Notes under the pieces: generated by a model
Databases searched by the model: none
What the model saw: only the letters and a program-made list of their open reading frames with translations
What the model was told of the DNA's origin: nothing
Program-made: the position numbers and the translations under genes
In this document: positions 61,925-64,000 of the stretch, piece by piece
Layout: each line of letters begins with the position of its first letter
How positions within the stretch are numbered: the stretch's first letter is position 1
Assembly: GCF_006345805.1 (NCBI RefSeq)
Contig: NC_043004.1
Coordinates: forward strand, 70,804,001-70,868,000
DNA: 64,000 bases
Source of the DNA: Octopus sinensis
Taxonomy: Eukaryota
Direction: 5' to 3'

Positions 61925-62445
61925 CACAGGGATGGCTGTGTGGTAAGGAGTTTGCTTTTCAACCACATGGTTCCAGGTTCAGTTCCACTGCATGCTACCT
62001 TGGTCAGCTGCCTTATACTATAGCCTCGGGCCAACCAAAGCCTTGTGAGTAGATTTGGTAGATGGAAACTGAAAGAAGCCTGTCTTGTGTGTGCGACTGT
62101 ATTTTTCCCCCACCACTGCTTCACAACTGGTGTTGGTGTGTTGATGTGTCCTGTAACTTAGCAGTTCAGCAAGAGACCAATAAAAGAGATCAGGGTTGAT
62201 TTGTTTAACTGAAATCGAAGACAGTGCCCCAGCATGGCTGCAGTCTAATAACTGAAACAAAGTAAAATGGAAAAAAAAAAAAGAAAAGATCTTAAATAAA
62301 ACTAACAAAATTGTAAAATAAAAGATGAAACCATTGTATAGTATTTTATTGTAAAAATATCTAAAATAAAATGGATCAAACCATTAAAAAAAATATTTAA
62401 AAATCTAAAATAAATTTAAACTTAAACAGCAACTGTGAAACCACA

Positions 62446-62481
<36 letters not shown>

Positions 62482-62925
62482 CACACACACACACATATGT
62501 GTATGTATGTATACATACACATATGTAAGTATTCTTCTATTCTTTTACTTGTTTCAGTCATTTGACTGCAGCCATGCTGGAGCACTGCTTTTAGTTGAGC
62601 AAATCAATTGCAGGACTTATTCTTTGTAAGCCTAGTACTTATTCTATCAGTCTCTTTTGCTGAGCCACTAAGTGACGGCAACGTAAACACGCCACCATCA
62701 GTTGTCAAGTGATGTTGCAGGGATAAACAGACACACAAACATATACATACACACACACACACATATATATATACACATGATGGGCTTCTTTCAGTTTCTA
62801 CCTACCAAATCCACTCACAAGGCTTTGGCCAGCCTGAGGCTATAGTAGAAGGCACTAGCCCAAGGTGCCATGCAGTGGGATTGAACCTGGAATCATGTGG
62901 TTGGTAAGCAAGCTACTTACCACAG
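61925..62925. mobile_element. Two SINE A copies in opposite orientation (about 61925-62270 +, 62535-62925 -)
   Basis: Match the family A consensus. Confidence 0.85.
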
Positions 62926-63129
62926 TCACGTCCCTTGCTGCTGATTGCCAACTGGTGTTGATTTGTTTATAATCCCTGTAACTTAGAAGTTTGGCAAAAA
63001 AGTCTGATAGAATAAACACCAGACCTTTAAAAAAAAAATTAAGTCCTGGGGTTGATTTGTTTGACTGAACCCCCTCCTTCCCCTCCTGCCCCCTCATCCT
63101 CCCATCCACATATTTGCTAGTGACTTTAT

Positions 63130-63460
63130 ACCATTCATGTGAGTGATCTTGTTTTGAATGCAATCTGGGATATCTGTGCATGCAAAAACAGAACTGTCCC
63201 CGATGTAGCAGCCCTATTCACTTGTGGTCCCTGCCTGAACTTTGTAGAACATCAGAAAATGGTTGACCATTTTTGTTGTCGGTTGATGGCATTGCAGAGA
63301 CAGTGACTTCTGCTGTACCTGGATCGTTTGGTTGTTTCCAGAAGCAAATGTCTAACTCCAAGTACACTCACCATCTCCACTCATGGATATGTCATGAAGG
63401 AAAGACAAGTTGGTACATTTGCAGCCTCCATGGAGCCACAGTGTATGTCAGATATTGCTT
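63130..63460 (-). mobile_element. Possible highly decayed LINE ORF2 C-terminal fragment
   Basis: The minus strand gives SLSLQCHQPTTKMVNHFLMFYKV, resembling the L..L..RR....L.MFYKI motif. The match is weak. Confidence 0.3.
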
Positions 63461-63483
63461 AAGTGTAACCATGTATATCTGCC

Positions 63484-63712
63484 TTAACTCTTTTGTTACT
63501 GTATTTATTTTGAGATGCTCTGTGTTTCTTTCAATTAATTTTAAATATAGTAAAGAATTTAGTAAAATAACTTCGTTATCATTAAGCTATGTTAGGAACA
63601 TAAATTGTAACTAAGGTTTGGTGGAAGATTTTAATTCAAAACTTATGAAAACAAGACATTTGTACTACAGAGCCAGAGCCAGTTTCAGCCGGGTTGGTAA
63701 CAAAAGGGTTAA
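63484..63712. mobile_element. piggyBac-like MITE, family P2, complete
   Basis: TTAA-ctcttttgttac ... gtaacaaaaggg-TTAA. Confidence 0.85.
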
Positions 63713-64000
63713 GGTCCCTCCCTCTAGATTTTCTGTAGGAGTTTACTCCCTTTGCTTTTTTTTTTAAATGCTCAGTAATTTACCTCACAAGGCTGCAGGG
63801 GTTCATCATTGTAGTGGGTCTGGTTTGTGCAGTCAGTCAGTCAGTCACACTCATTCTTCAGCCTGCTTGACGCCTTCCCTATGTCTATGATGCATGTTCC
63901 CTGCTTCATCAAAATATCATGTTAATTTATTTTCCAAACACAATCTCAATAATGTCAAAGCTATTTTAATTAAATTCTTCATTATTTTCAGAATTAATTA

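Overview
AT-rich, repeat-saturated eukaryotic DNA, not prokaryotic. The microsatellite density and the SINE, RTE, Penelope and MITE landscape point to a cephalopod, probably Octopus (inference). Almost all ORFs in the track are artefacts of microsatellites or of a stop-poor satellite. Main content: (1) An ~11-kb array of a 26-bp satellite (7426-18521) has expanded inside the 3' UTR of an RTE-clade LINE. (2) One recognisable coding exon (46363-46564, +) resembles carnosine/histidine N-methyltransferase CARNMT1; a full-length decayed mariner sits 145 bp downstream of it. (3) A candidate unknown gene on the minus strand has a 151-nt exon and a possible 15-nt microexon (33908-34308). (4) Many tRNA-headed SINEs, RTE tails, piggyBac/hAT MITEs and Helentron-like elements are present, plus two recent tandem duplications (offsets 715 bp and 1562 bp). 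The most interesting signal is a ~280-nt element that joins a tRNA-like Pol III head to a tail carrying a minimal type I hammerhead ribozyme motif of the Penelope-like (PLE) kind. It inserts with 12-16 bp target-site duplications, twice with an inverted copy in front, so it looks like a ribozyme-bearing SINE mobilised by PLEs. At least four other hammerhead-like PLE remnant families also occur, several as foldbacks. Everything was read by eye; no searches or folding programs were run, and coordinates of decayed repeats are approximate.
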